From an uncultured candidate division Zixibacteria bacterium (GTDB taxonomy: Bacteria > Zixibacteria > MSB-5A5 > GN15 > FEB-12): a stretch of DNA of 64,000 nt. The translations under genes were made by a program, and so were the position numbers. Where the stretch lies: contig OY760907.1 in assembly GCA_963664195.1 (NCBI GenBank), positions 2,208,001 through 2,272,000 of the forward strand, read 5' to 3'. Numbering within the stretch: the first letter of the stretch is position 1; each line of letters begins with the position of its first letter. The notes under the pieces were generated by a model that did not search any database, was not told the origin of the DNA, and worked only from the letters and a program-made list of their open reading frames with translations. Positions 1-10,976 of the stretch are shown piece after piece.

Positions 1-2
1 TT

Positions 3-701
3 ACCGAGGTGGAGAAACGTGCCGTGCGTGACTCGGCCGAAAACGCCGGTGCCCGCGAGGTCTACCTGCTCCAGGAGCCTATGGCGGCGGCAATCGGTGT
101 CGGGCTGGCTGTTGATCAGCCGACCGGTATCATGATTATTGATATTGGTGGCGGAACCTCGGAAATCGCTGTTATCGCGCTGAATGGTATTGTCAACGAT
201 ACTTCCATCCGCGTGGCTGGCGACGAGTTCAACGACGCTATCATTAATTATCTTAAGAAAAACTACAATCTGCTGATCGGTGAACTTACCGCCGAGGATA
301 TCAAGATCAAGATCGGATCGGCCTTTGCGTTGGACAAAGAGCTTTCGATGGAAATCAAGGGCCGCGACCTCGTGGCCGGTGTCCCGAAAAATCTCAAAGT
401 CTCCTCCGTGCAGATTCGCGAGGCACTTTCTGAAACGCTCGATATCGTTGTGGAGGCGGTTCGGCAGGCTCTGGAGCTTACCCCGCCGGAGTTGGCCTCT
501 GATATTCTGGAACGTGGAATTGTCCTCACCGGCGGTGGCGCACTGCTGAGAGGGTTGGACAAACGACTTCGGCAGGAAACCAACCTTCCGGTTAACGTAG
601 CCGAGGATCCTCTGAGCTGTGTGGTTCGTGGTACCGGCAAGGTGCTCGAGGATTTTGCTAAATTCACTAAGGTGCTGGAGAAGAGCCGCCGGGATCGGTA
701 G
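3..701 (+). CDS. mreB: Rod shape-determining actin-like protein MreB (5'-truncated by window edge)
   Basis: Motifs [44 protein letters not shown] are typical of MreB; the reading frame is open from base 3. Confidence 0.97.
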   Translation, partial: TEVEKRAVRDSAENAGAREVYLLQEPMAAAIGVGLAVDQPTGIMIIDIGGGTSEIAVIALNGIVNDTSIRVAGDEFNDAIINYLKKNYNLLIGELTAEDIKIKIGSAFALDKELSMEIKGRDLVAGVPKNLKVSSVQIREALSETLDIVVEAVRQALELTPPELASDILERGIVLTGGGALLRGLDKRLRQETNLPVNVAEDPLSCVVRGTGKVLEDFAKFTKVLEKSRRDR

Positions 702-739
702 CCTCTCTTTCAATTCAGCCGAGCTTTTAGCCAATTATG

Positions 740-772
740 TGCCGTTGGACGACCCCGTCCGACGGCATTTTT
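740..772 (+). terminator. Rho-independent terminator after mreB
   Basis: TGCCGTTGGACG-accc-CGTCCGACGGCA stem (one G-U pair) followed by TTTTT. Confidence 0.7.
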
Positions 773-897
773 CGTTGAGCATGGGAGAGTCTCGTCCATT
801 GAGTCTGTTTTTTTCTCCTTCCGGGATGATTTTCCTCCTCCGGGTTTACTAAGGGGCAGAGAGAACAAAGAAGACGAACTCAAAAAGGAGAGCTAAA

Positions 898-1458
898 ATG
901 AAAAAGACTCTGATGATTTTGGTAGCTGCCGCGCTTCTGACTGCGCCGGCACTCATGGCCCAGCAGGGCAATTGCGATGGAAACGGACCCGGTCGTGGAT
1001 TTGGCGACGGCTATGGAAGGCATATGGGCCTCGGCGGTGATTTCGACGGCAGAGGCGGTCGTGGAATGGGCATGCTTCTGGCACACGCCGAGGAGCTTGG
1101 CCTGACTGACCAGCAGGTGAGCGCGCTTGAGGATATGCGGAGTGAATTCCAGCTGGCGCAGGTCGACCGAAAGGCCGAGCTGAAGAAGGCCGAGATCAAA
1201 CTGAAGGACCTTATGCGCGACGAGGCGCCGCAATCGCAGATTCTCAGCCAGATGGACAAAATCGGTGTCATGAAGACCGAGATGAAGAAGGTTCAGTACC
1301 AGCATCGCGAGGCGGTCAAGAATGTGCTTACCGCGGAACAGCAGGAAAAGATGAAGGATTTCCGCAAGGACTTCGGCAAGAGATCTAGAGGTAACGGCTC
1401 AGGGCCGGGCAATCGTGGCCAGGGCCGCCGTGGCCAGGGCATGGGACGCGGTCTCTGA
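898..1458 (+). CDS. Periplasmic Spy/CpxP/ZraP-like (LTXXQ) chaperone
   Basis: AGGAG RBS, signal peptide, Gly-rich N- and C-tails, LGLTDQQ and VLTAEQQ LTXXQ motifs, helical core. Confidence 0.85.
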   Translation: MKKTLMILVAAALLTAPALMAQQGNCDGNGPGRGFGDGYGRHMGLGGDFDGRGGRGMGMLLAHAEELGLTDQQVSALEDMRSEFQLAQVDRKAELKKAEIKLKDLMRDEAPQSQILSQMDKIGVMKTEMKKVQYQHREAVKNVLTAEQQEKMKDFRKDFGKRSRGNGSGPGNRGQGRRGQGMGRGL

Positions 1459-1491
1459 TTCTGACACTTTCTCACTGACACTCCTGTCAGG

Positions 1492-1522
1492 CAAAGCCCA
1501 CCGTAAGGTGGGCTTTGTTGTT
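1492..1522 (+). terminator. Rho-independent terminator
   Basis: CAAAGCCCACC-gtaa-GGTGGGCTTTG perfect stem followed by TTGTT. Confidence 0.8.
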
Positions 1523-1561
1523 CTGGGGAGCTTATCGGTGGACATCAAAGGAGATTGCGAT

Positions 1562-1652
1562 GTAGGTCGAGACTCCCGCAGTTTCGACAACACTGGTTAC
1601 GTGCGAGCCTGTCGAAGTGTCCCCCGCAGGTCTGAAGACAGACCTGCGCTAC
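1562..1652. repeat. Inverted pair of GTAG-type REP hairpins (REPIN-like)
   Basis: Plus strand: GTAG-GTCGAGACT-cccgc-AGTTTCGAC (1562-1588). Minus strand: GTAG-CGCAGGTCTG-tctt-CAGACCTGCG (1652-1625). Confidence 0.7.
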
Positions 1653-2608
1653 AAAGTCGCCGCCAGATACTCTTCAATCAACAGGTAGTTCATACGGGCT
1701 TCAAAGTTCAGCGATGCTAAGTTTTCCGTACTGAGCCGGCAGCCGTTTTCAAGCGGGAGCCACTCGTAGTTGTCGAATTCACGGTGATCTGGCTCGAGTG
1801 TTGTCAGGCGGTCCTCGATTTCAGTGAGAGTCAGAGAAGTCGTGATCAGGCAGAATGACTGCGGACGTTCTCCCCGGAAAACCTCGATAGCCCATGCGAG
1901 TGGAACAATTGCGAAGTCGCTGTCGACAAGATTCAACTCTTCTCGCACTTCACTGCGGAGAGCAGTCTCCGTCAAATCCGCCAGATTGGGACAAGTTGTT
2001 GTCCAATCGACCCCACCAGCCGCCGAGGGGCCGTAGCTGGATTCCATCGAGGCGAGATTCTCAGACCGCTTGACCTGGAGAAGATACCGGCGACCGTCTT
2101 CTTCGGCCATCAGGTAGCCACATACTCCGAGGCTAATCGCGAGGGGATTCGTCTCGATGGTATGGTTTCGGTGATTGGTCAGATAGTATTCGCGCAACGT
2201 TCCGCCGTGAGTCGCGAATAGCTCGTGTTTCAGGTCGAGCGCGTAGCAGGTGCCGGCCTGAAGACCGTAGTCAACGGGTTGCACGGTGATGGATGGCTTT
2301 GGCGACGTGAGGTCACACGCGGCAAGTTTCATGGCCGGAAAACCATCGTAAAGTCGGCCTTCGTCTCGCATGCTCCGTTCAACTCCGACAGCAAACTGTG
2401 CGATCAGCGGATCATCGACTTCAAAAGGCTCGTCCAGAAACTTCATCTGAATGCCTGCGGGATCAACAGCGTGCGGGCCGAAAAACCGCACGATATCGTA
2501 GTAAGCCGAGTCGCCTCTGTGACCAACGCCGACCATCCGCTCGTGTGCGGAAGCACGAAAATGCATCGCGAGAACGTCAGCGAGTTTAGAATCGTCCAAG
2601 TATCTCAT
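1649..2608 (-). CDS. Hypothetical protein with a degenerate Nudix-like box
   Basis: 319-aa ORF; LLQVKRS...SAAGGVD...ALRSEVREELNL resembles the Nudix motif; overlaps the stop of the upstream DMT gene. Confidence 0.55.
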   Translation of the reverse strand: MRYLDDSKLADVLAMHFRASAHERMVGVGHRGDSAYYDIVRFFGPHAVDPAGIQMKFLDEPFEVDDPLIAQFAVGVERSMRDEGRLYDGFPAMKLAACDLTSPKPSITVQPVDYGLQAGTCYALDLKHELFATHGGTLREYYLTNHRNHTIETNPLAISLGVCGYLMAEEDGRRYLLQVKRSENLASMESSYGPSAAGGVDWTTTCPNLADLTETALRSEVREELNLVDSDFAIVPLAWAIEVFRGERPQSFCLITTSLTLTEIEDRLTTLEPDHREFDNYEWLPLENGCRLSTENLASLNFEARMNYLLIEEYLAATL

Positions 2609-3536
2609 CGGCCATAAACAGAAGTGTGACGCCGCCGACTGCCAGCAGGGCGCCGAAGATTGCTCGTATGGTCACTTTCTCTTTGTAGTATAGAATAACG
2701 TTTGGAATAATCCAAATAGGGGTTGTGGCATTGAGTGTCGCGGCGATTCCGGCTGCTATGTAGGTTACAGCTATCAACGAGGTCCAGACCCCGAGGAACG
2801 GTCCGAAAATCGCCCCCCCGAGAGCAAACAACATGGCGGGGGCATGCTTGAATCCGCGAAGGGTGTCTACAAGTTTACCCCGGATGATGGCGAAGGCCCA
2901 GATAATGATCATGGAAGAGAGCATACGAATGAACGACGCAGGGAGTGCCTCCAGCGGCTCACCGGCATCGAGCATGGCATACTTGGACAGCACAAGCCCG
3001 GTCGCCTGTCCGAATGCGGCAAGCAATCCCAACATAATGCCTTTGAATAGCGAACCCTCGTCCGGGTGCCCGCTCTGAAGGTTGAAGTGATTGCCGTTTT
3101 TGAACTGCCGTTCCGTGACAACCCAGGACACACCGCCGATGGTCACCGCGATTCCCAGCAAATGTACGACATGCAGCTTCTCACCGAGAAACACCCAGGC
3201 GATGATAGTCGCTATGATCGGAGCCGTGCCCCACATGAGCGTGGTCAACCGGGGACCGATCATCACGAGGGCTTTGAATCCGCAGCCGTCGCCGATCACC
3301 AGACCGATCAAGCCGGACATCGCCAGCCAGACGATCTGGGCGGTATTGATATTTTCGGGGAAGAGGCGTCCGGTGGTAGACAGAAGGATGATGCAGTAGA
3401 TGGCGACAGCGAGAACCAGCCGGATACAATTGACTCTGAACGAGCCGACCCGCCGTCCGGCCTCGGAAAAGAAAATGGCCGTAAACGACCAGCACAGTGC
3501 AGTAGTCAGAGCAGCAAGTTCACCGGCGTATGGCAT
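2586..3536 (-). CDS. EamA/DMT family transporter
   Basis: About 10 hydrophobic helices in two repeats; AWVFLGEKL and YYKEKVT EamA-type motifs; AGGAG RBS. Confidence 0.92.
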   Translation of the reverse strand: MPYAGELAALTTALCWSFTAIFFSEAGRRVGSFRVNCIRLVLAVAIYCIILLSTTGRLFPENINTAQIVWLAMSGLIGLVIGDGCGFKALVMIGPRLTTLMWGTAPIIATIIAWVFLGEKLHVVHLLGIAVTIGGVSWVVTERQFKNGNHFNLQSGHPDEGSLFKGIMLGLLAAFGQATGLVLSKYAMLDAGEPLEALPASFIRMLSSMIIIWAFAIIRGKLVDTLRGFKHAPAMLFALGGAIFGPFLGVWTSLIAVTYIAAGIAATLNATTPIWIIPNVILYYKEKVTIRAIFGALLAVGGVTLLFMADEILGRF

Positions 3537-4269
3537 GTTTCTCCTGTGGGGAACCTATCACACGATAAGTCGCGTGTGATGCCCGTTGCATACTTATCCC
3601 TCCGCTTTTCACAGTATCAATTGCGGACAGTCACGTCCGGCATATTGGCGTCCAACAGGATAAGGCAATTCATGACTATGCGCAAACTCGGCATGATAGT
3701 TGTGCTGTAATCAATCGGTGTTTGTGCAATGAAAAGACAGCTACGATATTACATCTGCAACAGTCCTCTCGCTCTGTCGGTTATCGGTACAAGAGATCCC
3801 GGGGCAACAAAAGAGGATATTAATCTGGATCCTGATCGGGGTCTGGTTTGCATACACCCGTATTCGATACAGACACGCCCAACGTCTTTGAGTTCTGAGA
3901 CGGGGGCGTTCACTTTCAACCTGTCCGACAACGTCATTCAACACGCACCGCCTGTTGAACCCGATTTCGTCCCCTGCCATCCCACGTCCTACGCACTCGA
4001 CAACTCATTCATCGCTATCCGCTCCGAAGGGAAACTGCCCCTCAGAGGCTTCTCGGGTGCGATGACCGCCAACGACAGCTTCCATCCGACCATTGTTCAT
4101 CTTTTTGCTCGCTTACTGTTACGCTATGAAAACAGATATCGAATTGACTGTCCCCACAGCTTGAACGCCCCCGGCGATATGACTACAATGCTTCAGGAAC
4201 GACATCCGATGCCGGAATTGTGTGAATGATTGGTGTGAAGATGAGAATCTGAAATCATCTATTCACGGA

Positions 4270-4307
4270 GAAAGGGCGGAGGAGATGCTGATCTCTTCCG
4301 CCCTTTC
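4270..4307. terminator. Long hairpin downstream of gyrA, probable terminator
   Basis: GAAAGGGCGGAGGAGAT-gctg-ATCTCTTCCGCCCTTTC, ~28 bp past the gyrA stop. Confidence 0.65.
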
Positions 4308-4334
4308 GTTTGTCCGATCTCAGATCGTCAGCGG

Positions 4335-6770
4335 TTACTCGTCATCCTCCGGCACTACTCTGGCGACATCGGTTACCAGATCGCCTTCGTCGAGGCTGAT
4401 CAGCCTCACGCCCTGCGTGGCCCTACCGATCACTTTGATCTGTTTGACCGCCTGGCGATTGGCGATGCCGTTCTTGGTGATCAGGATCAGCTCATCGGAG
4501 TCGAGTACTTCCTTTATCGCAACAACCTCGCCGTTGCGCTCGGATGTCCTGACATTGATGACCCCTTTGCCGCCACGGTTGGTCATGCGGTAGTCCTCAA
4601 TGGAGGTCCGCTTACCGTAGCCGTTTTCGGTAGCGACCAGAAGCGTGCTGTCACGTCCTACTGCGACCATGCCAACCACGTAGTCATCCTTGGCGAGATT
4701 GATGCCCTTGACTCCGTAGGCCGCGCGGCCCATCGTTCGCACCTTGTTTTCGGGGAACCTGATCGCCATGCCCTTGCGTGTACCCAGCACGATTTCATAG
4801 CTGCCGTCGGTGATGGCGGCTTCGATCAACTCGTCGTCGCGGTCGCCGATTCCCATGGCGTTCACGCCCATCTTGCGCGGGTTGGAAAACGCGTCCAGGC
4901 TCGTCTTTTTGACAATGCCGTTGCGGGTGGCGAGAACAATGAACTTGTCCGGGGCGAAGTCCCTCACCTTAACGAATCCGGTTACCTGTTCATCCTTCTG
5001 CATCTGGCAAAGATTGACGATAGGCTTCCCTTTGGCCAGCTTGCCGCCGGTCGGGATTGTGTGAACCTTCACCCAGTAGCAGCGCCCCTGGTTAGAGAAG
5101 AACAGGATGTAATCATGAGTCGAGCCGATGAAAATATGCTCGGCGAAGTCTTCAGTTTTGGTCTCGATACCGATCACACCACGTCCGCCCCGATGCTGCC
5201 GACGATACTGCGAAACCGAGAGGCGCTTGACGTAGCCGAGATGCGAAATGGTAAGCACCATATCTTCCTCGGCGATTAGGTCTTCGACCGTCAGTTCATC
5301 GGCGGCTTCCTGGATTTCCGTCCGGCGATCATCGCCGTATTTCTTGGCCAGTGCAGTTGTTTCGTCCTTGATGATCTTCATCCGAAGATCGCGTGACTCG
5401 AGAATGCCTTTCAGTTCGGCAATCTTCTTGATGAGTTCGAGATATTCCTCTTCAATCTTCTGGCGCTCAAGTCCGGTCAGGCGCTGCAGGCGCATCTCCA
5501 GAATGGCTGTTGCCTGAATCTCGGAGAGCTTGAATTTCTTCATCAAGCCCGTTTTGGCGGTCGGCGTATCCTTGGACTTCTTGATTAACTCTATAACTTC
5601 ATCGATATTGTCCAGCGCGATCCGGTAGCCTTCAAGAATGTGTGCCCGCTCTTCGGCTTTCCGGAGATCATACTGGGTCCGACGAACAACAACCTCGTGC
5701 CGATGATCAATGAACGCCTGTATCAGCTCTTTCAGAGATAGCTGTTTCGGGACACCGTGGTCGAGGCCGAGCATTGTCACAGAGAAAGTCGTCTGCATGG
5801 TGGTGTGCGTATAGAGCTGATTTAAGACGACATCGAGAATAGCATCCCGCTTGAGTTCGACGACGATACGCATGCCGTCGCGGTCGGACTCGTCGCGAAG
5901 ATCAGAAATGCCTTCAATCCGCTTATCCCGGACCAGATCCGCAATCTTCTCGAGCAGGTTAGACTTGTTCACCTGGTAGGGGATCTCGTTTATGACAATG
6001 GCTTCTTTTCCGTTGCGCATGTGTTCGGCCACAGCGCGCGCTCTTACTGATATGTGCCCCTTGCCGGTCATGTAGGCCTGGCGGATGCCCTCGCGACCGT
6101 TGATGATGCCCGCAGTCGGGAAATCCGGTCCGGGGACAATCTCGATGAGGTCCTGGTTGGTGCAATCGGGATCTTCAATGACTGCCACGATTGCCGCCGC
6201 TATTTCTCTCAGGTTATGCGGCGGAAGACTTGTGGCCATACCCACGGCAATACCGGTTGTACCGTTGCAGAGCAGGCACGGAAACTTGCCTGGCAGAACG
6301 GTCGGCTCTTTGCGCGTGGTATCGTAGTTGTCCATGAGGTCGACCGTCTCTTTTTCCAGATCGGCCAGCATTTCCATGGCGATCGGTGTCAGACGTGCCT
6401 CAGTGTAACGCATAGCAGCCGCGCCGTCGCCGTCGACAGAGCCGAAGTTGCCCTGTCCGTTGACGAGCGGGTAGCGCATGTTGAAATCCTGCGCCATACG
6501 CACCAGTGTCGGATAGACAACCTGCTCACCGTGAGGGTGATAGTTACCGGAAGTATCACCGCATATTTTCGCACATTTGCGGGGCGGTTTGCCGGGGTTC
6601 AAGCTGAGGTCGTTCATGGCAACGAGGATTCTTCGGTTCGACGGTTTCATGCCGTCGCGGATATCCGGCAATGCACGGTTGGTGATAACCGACATTGAGT
6701 AGTCGAGATACGAAGACTTCATTTCCTCTTCGAGGAAGATAGTCTCGATACGTTGACGCTCTATGGCCAT
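4335..6770 (-). CDS. gyrA: DNA gyrase subunit A
   Basis: [27 protein letters not shown], catalytic AAMRYTEAR, GyrA-box-like QHRGGRG and C-terminal pinwheel repeats. Confidence 0.96.
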   Translation of the reverse strand: MAIERQRIETIFLEEEMKSSYLDYSMSVITNRALPDIRDGMKPSNRRILVAMNDLSLNPGKPPRKCAKICGDTSGNYHPHGEQVVYPTLVRMAQDFNMRYPLVNGQGNFGSVDGDGAAAMRYTEARLTPIAMEMLADLEKETVDLMDNYDTTRKEPTVLPGKFPCLLCNGTTGIAVGMATSLPPHNLREIAAAIVAVIEDPDCTNQDLIEIVPGPDFPTAGIINGREGIRQAYMTGKGHISVRARAVAEHMRNGKEAIVINEIPYQVNKSNLLEKIADLVRDKRIEGISDLRDESDRDGMRIVVELKRDAILDVVLNQLYTHTTMQTTFSVTMLGLDHGVPKQLSLKELIQAFIDHRHEVVVRRTQYDLRKAEERAHILEGYRIALDNIDEVIELIKKSKDTPTAKTGLMKKFKLSEIQATAILEMRLQRLTGLERQKIEEEYLELIKKIAELKGILESRDLRMKIIKDETTALAKKYGDDRRTEIQEAADELTVEDLIAEEDMVLTISHLGYVKRLSVSQYRRQHRGGRGVIGIETKTEDFAEHIFIGSTHDYILFFSNQGRCYWVKVHTIPTGGKLAKGKPIVNLCQMQKDEQVTGFVKVRDFAPDKFIVLATRNGIVKKTSLDAFSNPRKMGVNAMGIGDRDDELIEAAITDGSYEIVLGTRKGMAIRFPENKVRTMGRAAYGVKGINLAKDDYVVGMVAVGRDSTLLVATENGYGKRTSIEDYRMTNRGGKGVINVRTSERNGEVVAIKEVLDSDELILITKNGIANRQAVKQIKVIGRATQGVRLISLDEGDLVTDVARVVPEDDE

Positions 6771-7000
6771 CGGGTCGCTTTCCTTTGCGATAAGCCGTTA
6801 CAATACAAAGATTTTGTTACTTGTAGAAGGTAGGTTCAATAGGCTGAAAATGCAACTAAAAACGGGCCGAAAGACGCGTTTTATCTTGTTTGATGACAAT
6901 GGGTTAGCGGGAACTACCTGACTGCTTCCCGAATGCGATGGGGAACGACTGAAAAACCCGTTTGGAAGACCGTTGCCAGCGGCAGATAATCATGCTGGCT

Positions 7001-7028
7001 GTAGGGCGGATCCGTCTTCGAATCCGCC
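7001..7028 (+). repeat. GTAG-type REP hairpin (TCTT-loop family)
   Basis: GTAG-GGCGGATCCG-tctt-CGAATCCGCC (one mismatch); same layout as the copies at 1625-1652 and 13488-13515. Confidence 0.65.
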
Positions 7029-7229
7029 GTTGCTGTGGGCGGCAGACGTATCGTCTGCCCGTTGGGATGATGGGGAAGGAGAGGATTGAAGAAAGACAAC
7101 GAATCAAAGAACGAACATTGAGACAGAGAAGACGCGGCCAGAAAAAGGCAATTGCCAGAGCGAGAACTATGTCTTAGTTTCCCGCTATACTTATCCGAAT
7201 TGTCTGAAGATGAATTGGCTGGAGATAGC

Positions 7230-8426
7230 ATGAAAATCTTGAAACTTGACGTTCAGGGCTTCCGATCGCTTCGGAATGTCTCGTGGGAACCCGGCAAACT
7301 GAATATCCTCATTGGTCCGAACGCCTCCGGTAAATCTAATCTCTTGCGACTAATAGAGTTAGTTGCGGTTTCCGCACAGGGCAGGCTCGGCAAGCACATC
7401 CAGAAGGACGGAGGGATGGAGCCGCTAGTATGGGATGGCAGCACTGGCGGAATCTCAATCAAGATAAAGAACTCACCGCTAGATGACTTCCGCGACTCTG
7501 ATCGAGAGTGTCTGACTTATGAACTGGAACTCGGTCGTATCGGAATATCCAGCGGATATAGAATTGACCACGAGTTATTGGGCAACTATCACAAGCTTGA
7601 AACTGGAGAGAGTGATCAGCCTTTCAAGTTCCTGGAACGTCATCAGTCAAGGGCGCACATATTCGATGAGAGTGAGAAAACGCTCACAGCTCCGGAGGAT
7701 CAGGTGCCCGAGCAAGAGACTCTTCTATCGCTTGCTGCCGGACCGTTCTCATTGAATTCCGTCATATCGAAGTTCCAATCTCAGCTAGCGGCATGGTCTG
7801 TGTATCATGACCTGCATGTAAACCATGATGCCCCGATCCGTCAGCCGTCCGTTGCGCGATCAGAAAAGAGGGTCGAGCCTGATGGCCAGAATCTGATATC
7901 AGTTCTGCATACGCTTTACACAGGTGACCGCGCCTTCAAGAACGAGATTAATACGGCGATGAAGTCGGCCTTTGGAGATGACTTCGACGAGTTGGTCTTC
8001 CCGCCAGCTTCCGACCAGCGCATTCAGCTTCGTGTTAGGTGGAAGAGTCTGAAACACGAGCAATCGGCAGCCGACCTTTCTGACGGCACTTTGCGGTTTC
8101 TCTTTCTCCTGAGTGTGCTGGCATCGCCAACTCCGCCTCCGGTGATAGCAATCGATGAACCGGAAACAGGCCTCCATCCGTCCATGATGCGAGTAGTTGC
8201 CGAGTATGCCATTGATGCGGCTGATCGTACTCAGGTCATCTTGACCACGCATTCTCCACAGTTTCTTGACGCCTTCAGCGATGCTCAGCCCACAACAACG
8301 GTAGTCAGGTGGCTTGATGGAGAAACAAGCCTCACGAACTTCGACAGTGACAAACTCAAGGCGTGGCTTAAGGAATACTCACTTGGCTCCTACTTCCTAT
8401 CGGGAGAACTGGAGTCGGAAGCATGA
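7230..8426 (+). CDS. AAA_21/SMC-like ABC ATPase (candidate defence or TA ATPase)
   Basis: MKILKLDVQGFRSL start after GGAG, Walker A GPNASGKS, signature LSDGT, Walker B IAIDEPETGLHP, H-loop LTTHSP. Confidence 0.9.
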   Translation: MKILKLDVQGFRSLRNVSWEPGKLNILIGPNASGKSNLLRLIELVAVSAQGRLGKHIQKDGGMEPLVWDGSTGGISIKIKNSPLDDFRDSDRECLTYELELGRIGISSGYRIDHELLGNYHKLETGESDQPFKFLERHQSRAHIFDESEKTLTAPEDQVPEQETLLSLAAGPFSLNSVISKFQSQLAAWSVYHDLHVNHDAPIRQPSVARSEKRVEPDGQNLISVLHTLYTGDRAFKNEINTAMKSAFGDDFDELVFPPASDQRIQLRVRWKSLKHEQSAADLSDGTLRFLFLLSVLASPTPPPVIAIDEPETGLHPSMMRVVAEYAIDAADRTQVILTTHSPQFLDAFSDAQPTTTVVRWLDGETSLTNFDSDKLKAWLKEYSLGSYFLSGELESEA

Positions 8427-9040
8427 AATTCCTGCTCTTCTGTGAAGGTGAAACTGAAGAAAGAGGCTTGCCAGCATTTTTGAAACGTTATCTCGATACT
8501 CACTTGGAGCAACGAGTGGGAATGAAAGCCGTGAAGTTCCGCGGTTGGTCAGACCTATACAAAAATGCCAAGAGGAAGGCGCACTTAAGACTTAAGGAAG
8601 ATGACGTGATTGCCGTTATTTCATTGTTGGACCTATACGGGCCGACTTTCTTCCCGGGCGACGTTACTTCAGCAGGGGATCGATGTTCCTGGGCTAAGAA
8701 CCATATTGAGAAACTTGTAGATCATGCCCAGTTCTATCAGTTCTTCGCTGTTCACGAAGTTGAGGCGTGGCTGCTCAGCAATCCCAATCTGTTCCCCCCC
8801 GATGTGCGCAAAGGATTCCCTGGCAGTATCAGCAATCCAGAGACAGTGAACTTCGATGAGCCGCCGGCGAAGCTTCTTGACAGGCTTTACAAGGAGAAAA
8901 CCAGACGAGGATACAAGAAGGTCACCTATGGAAAGCAGCTCTTCAGCAAGTTGGACGTGGATGTTGCGAAGGGCAAGTGCCCTCGTTTGGCGGAGATGCT
9001 CGATCGTATGGTTGAGCTGGCCAAAGGGGCAAGTCATTGA
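8423..9040 (+). CDS. DUF4276-family TOPRIM-like protein
   Basis: ATGA overlap with the ATPase; FCEGETEE, LLDLYG, HEVEAWLLS, PETVN, YKKVTYG, KCPR motifs. Confidence 0.8.
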   Translation: MKFLLFCEGETEERGLPAFLKRYLDTHLEQRVGMKAVKFRGWSDLYKNAKRKAHLRLKEDDVIAVISLLDLYGPTFFPGDVTSAGDRCSWAKNHIEKLVDHAQFYQFFAVHEVEAWLLSNPNLFPPDVRKGFPGSISNPETVNFDEPPAKLLDRLYKEKTRRGYKKVTYGKQLFSKLDVDVAKGKCPRLAEMLDRMVELAKGASH

Positions 9041-9180
9041 CGTCCTTGTGAACTCCTTGCGCGACACACGCCCCCGTGCGGCCGTGAGAAAACGCCCCTC
9101 TCAAATCCCGGAAACCATTTTCGTTGTGCGCTGTTGAACTCTGTATTATGCTGTCACGTCCGCAATGAAAGGCAAACGAA

Positions 9181-9663
9181 ATGGCAAGAGATAAAGAAAT
9201 TTCGAAAGTCCTGTCCAAGCTTGAGTACGGGATTTATATCGTCACGATGGGTGAAGGCACCAAAGGCAACGCCTTTACCGCGTCGTGGGTGACACAGGTG
9301 TCCAACGAACCGCCGACAGTCGTTGTCTCCATCAACAACAAGCACCAGTCGGCTCGCCTGCTGAAAGACCTGGATTCCTTCGCGGTCAACGTCCTTCCCG
9401 AAGGAGCCGAGGGAGTCGCACAGACCTATTTCGGTCCGGCGGAGTCCGGCTACGACAAGCTCGACGCTACTGTGTTGAAAGACGCTCCTCAGACCGGAAG
9501 TCCGATCATTCCGGGATCGGTGGGGTTTCTCGATTGTAAGATCGTCAACCGGGTGGAGTCGGGTAATCATACGGTGTACTTTGGCGAAGTTCTCGCCGCT
9601 GAACTTGAAAACGATGTCAACATCCTGACTTCTACGTCGGGGAAAATGAGGTATAGTGGCTGA
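9181..9663 (+). CDS. Flavin reductase-like (FMN split-barrel) protein
   Basis: YGIYIVT, FTASWVTQVSNEPP, FAVNVL, TGSPII, LDCKIV, GNHTVYFGEV. Confidence 0.9.
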   Translation: MARDKEISKVLSKLEYGIYIVTMGEGTKGNAFTASWVTQVSNEPPTVVVSINNKHQSARLLKDLDSFAVNVLPEGAEGVAQTYFGPAESGYDKLDATVLKDAPQTGSPIIPGSVGFLDCKIVNRVESGNHTVYFGEVLAAELENDVNILTSTSGKMRYSG

Positions 9664-10315
9664 GTCCGATTCCTACCGCAACATGACAGCAACAGCTTCC
9701 CTTAAGCGTGAATCTGACTTCATGGTGACCTGTTTTTCAAGTTTCCTGATGATCCTGTCGGTCATCCTTCTGGCCGGTTGCACGGTCGTCGCCGACGACT
9801 GCGAGGAGACGATCACAATTGATTCCGTCGTTTATCCGGTCGGTGAGTCCTGGTGCGGGCGGCTGATCGACAGCGCCGAGATCGCCGAGCCGGCCTCGCT
9901 GGTCCAGCTTCCGGACGAACTGACGTTTGAGGACTCCCGGATTTACGTCTTACCGGAGACGAAAGAGGCTTTCGTAGCCATGGCTGAGGCGGCCAAAGAG
10001 GATTCGATCCTGCTGATTGCCGATTCGGGGTGGCGGTCGTTTTCGTTCCAGCGACGGATTATTAGGAGAAGGCTGGAGCGCGGCGATAAGATTGAAGAGA
10101 TTTTGCAGTCGGTGGCTCCTCCCGGCTATTCTGAGCATCATACCGGTCGGGCGCTGGACCTTTGCCCCAGTGAGGCCAGATTCGCGCACACCGATATCTA
10201 CAAGTGGCTCAAGGAGAACGCCGGACGATTCGGGTTTATTGAGTCGCTTCCCAAGAGCGACAGTAACCTCATACTCTGGGAATCGTGGCATATCTACTAT
10301 ATCGGGATGAATTAG
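9656..10315 (+). CDS. M15B/VanY-type D-Ala-D-Ala carboxypeptidase, probable lipoprotein
   Basis: SGWRS..Q, APPGYSEHHTGRALD (SxHxxGxAxD), ESWH; lipobox LAGC; true start may be ATG at 9683 or 9722. Confidence 0.88.
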   Translation: MAESDSYRNMTATASLKRESDFMVTCFSSFLMILSVILLAGCTVVADDCEETITIDSVVYPVGESWCGRLIDSAEIAEPASLVQLPDELTFEDSRIYVLPETKEAFVAMAEAAKEDSILLIADSGWRSFSFQRRIIRRRLERGDKIEEILQSVAPPGYSEHHTGRALDLCPSEARFAHTDIYKWLKENAGRFGFIESLPKSDSNLILWESWHIYYIGMN

Positions 10316-10376
10316 CACCGGGAATCATCGACAATAAACCAATTCTCGCTCCTGCCGATACCTCTGTACAACGATT

Positions 10377-10877
10377 ATGTTGTACAAAGTAAACTACACT
10401 GACGGTGTTCTGGAATTCGTAAAGAACAAAGGGCGGGTATTTCTTGAGGCCCCCGATCCGCAAGCGGCCTTGAAATACGCCCGCGAACTCTTTGAGTACA
10501 CCCGGAATGAACGCGTCCAGTGCCTCGGCGAGGATCAGTACCTTGTTTCATTCAAGGTAGCACTGGATTACCGCTTGCCGCTCGTGCATCAGGCGGAAAG
10601 GGCCATACCTTTGCTCCGGACGCGGGAGAAGTACGACAAGGGCCGGTATGTTGACAGATATATCGTGGCCAGCGTCTTTCGCGAAACCGGGAAACCGGAA
10701 TACCTGACCGGGATCGACGTGAAGGCCGAACTGCGCGATCTGCGCAAAGCTGCCGTCGTCTCCCGCGAAGTGCCCAATATCGTCAGCTTCATTGACATCG
10801 ATATCAGTATCTACAATTACATCGAGCTAAACGGCAAGGAAGGTTTCCACAGCAAAGTGGTCCGCAAGAGCCGGTAG
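10377..10877 (+). CDS. Hypothetical protein
   Basis: 166-aa ORF with normal composition and no competing long ORF; no family recognised. Confidence 0.6.
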   Translation: MLYKVNYTDGVLEFVKNKGRVFLEAPDPQAALKYARELFEYTRNERVQCLGEDQYLVSFKVALDYRLPLVHQAERAIPLLRTREKYDKGRYVDRYIVASVFRETGKPEYLTGIDVKAELRDLRKAAVVSREVPNIVSFIDIDISIYNYIELNGKEGFHSKVVRKSR

Positions 10878-10949
10878 CTGCAACCAATCGTCGTGATCCG
10901 CCGCAATGAATTGTCCGTGATCGTCAGGGATCCGGGGACTGTCTCAAGA

Positions 10950-10976
10950 GTAGGTCGAAACCCTTGCCGTTTCGAC
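10950..10976 (+). repeat. GTAG-type REP hairpin (GTCGA family)
   Basis: GTAG-GTCGAAAC-ccttgcc-GTTTCGAC, a near copy of 1562-1588. Confidence 0.65.

Noticed and set aside
3729..4229. 166-aa plus-strand ORF between the DMT gene and gyrA
   Set aside because: No RBS, no recognisable motif and atypical composition; it could be a real orphan or a remnant but cannot be supported
4335..6770. gyrA without adjacent gyrB, or a possible parC
   Set aside because: The GyrA-box-like QHRGGRG and full C-terminal domain support gyrA; separation from gyrB is common
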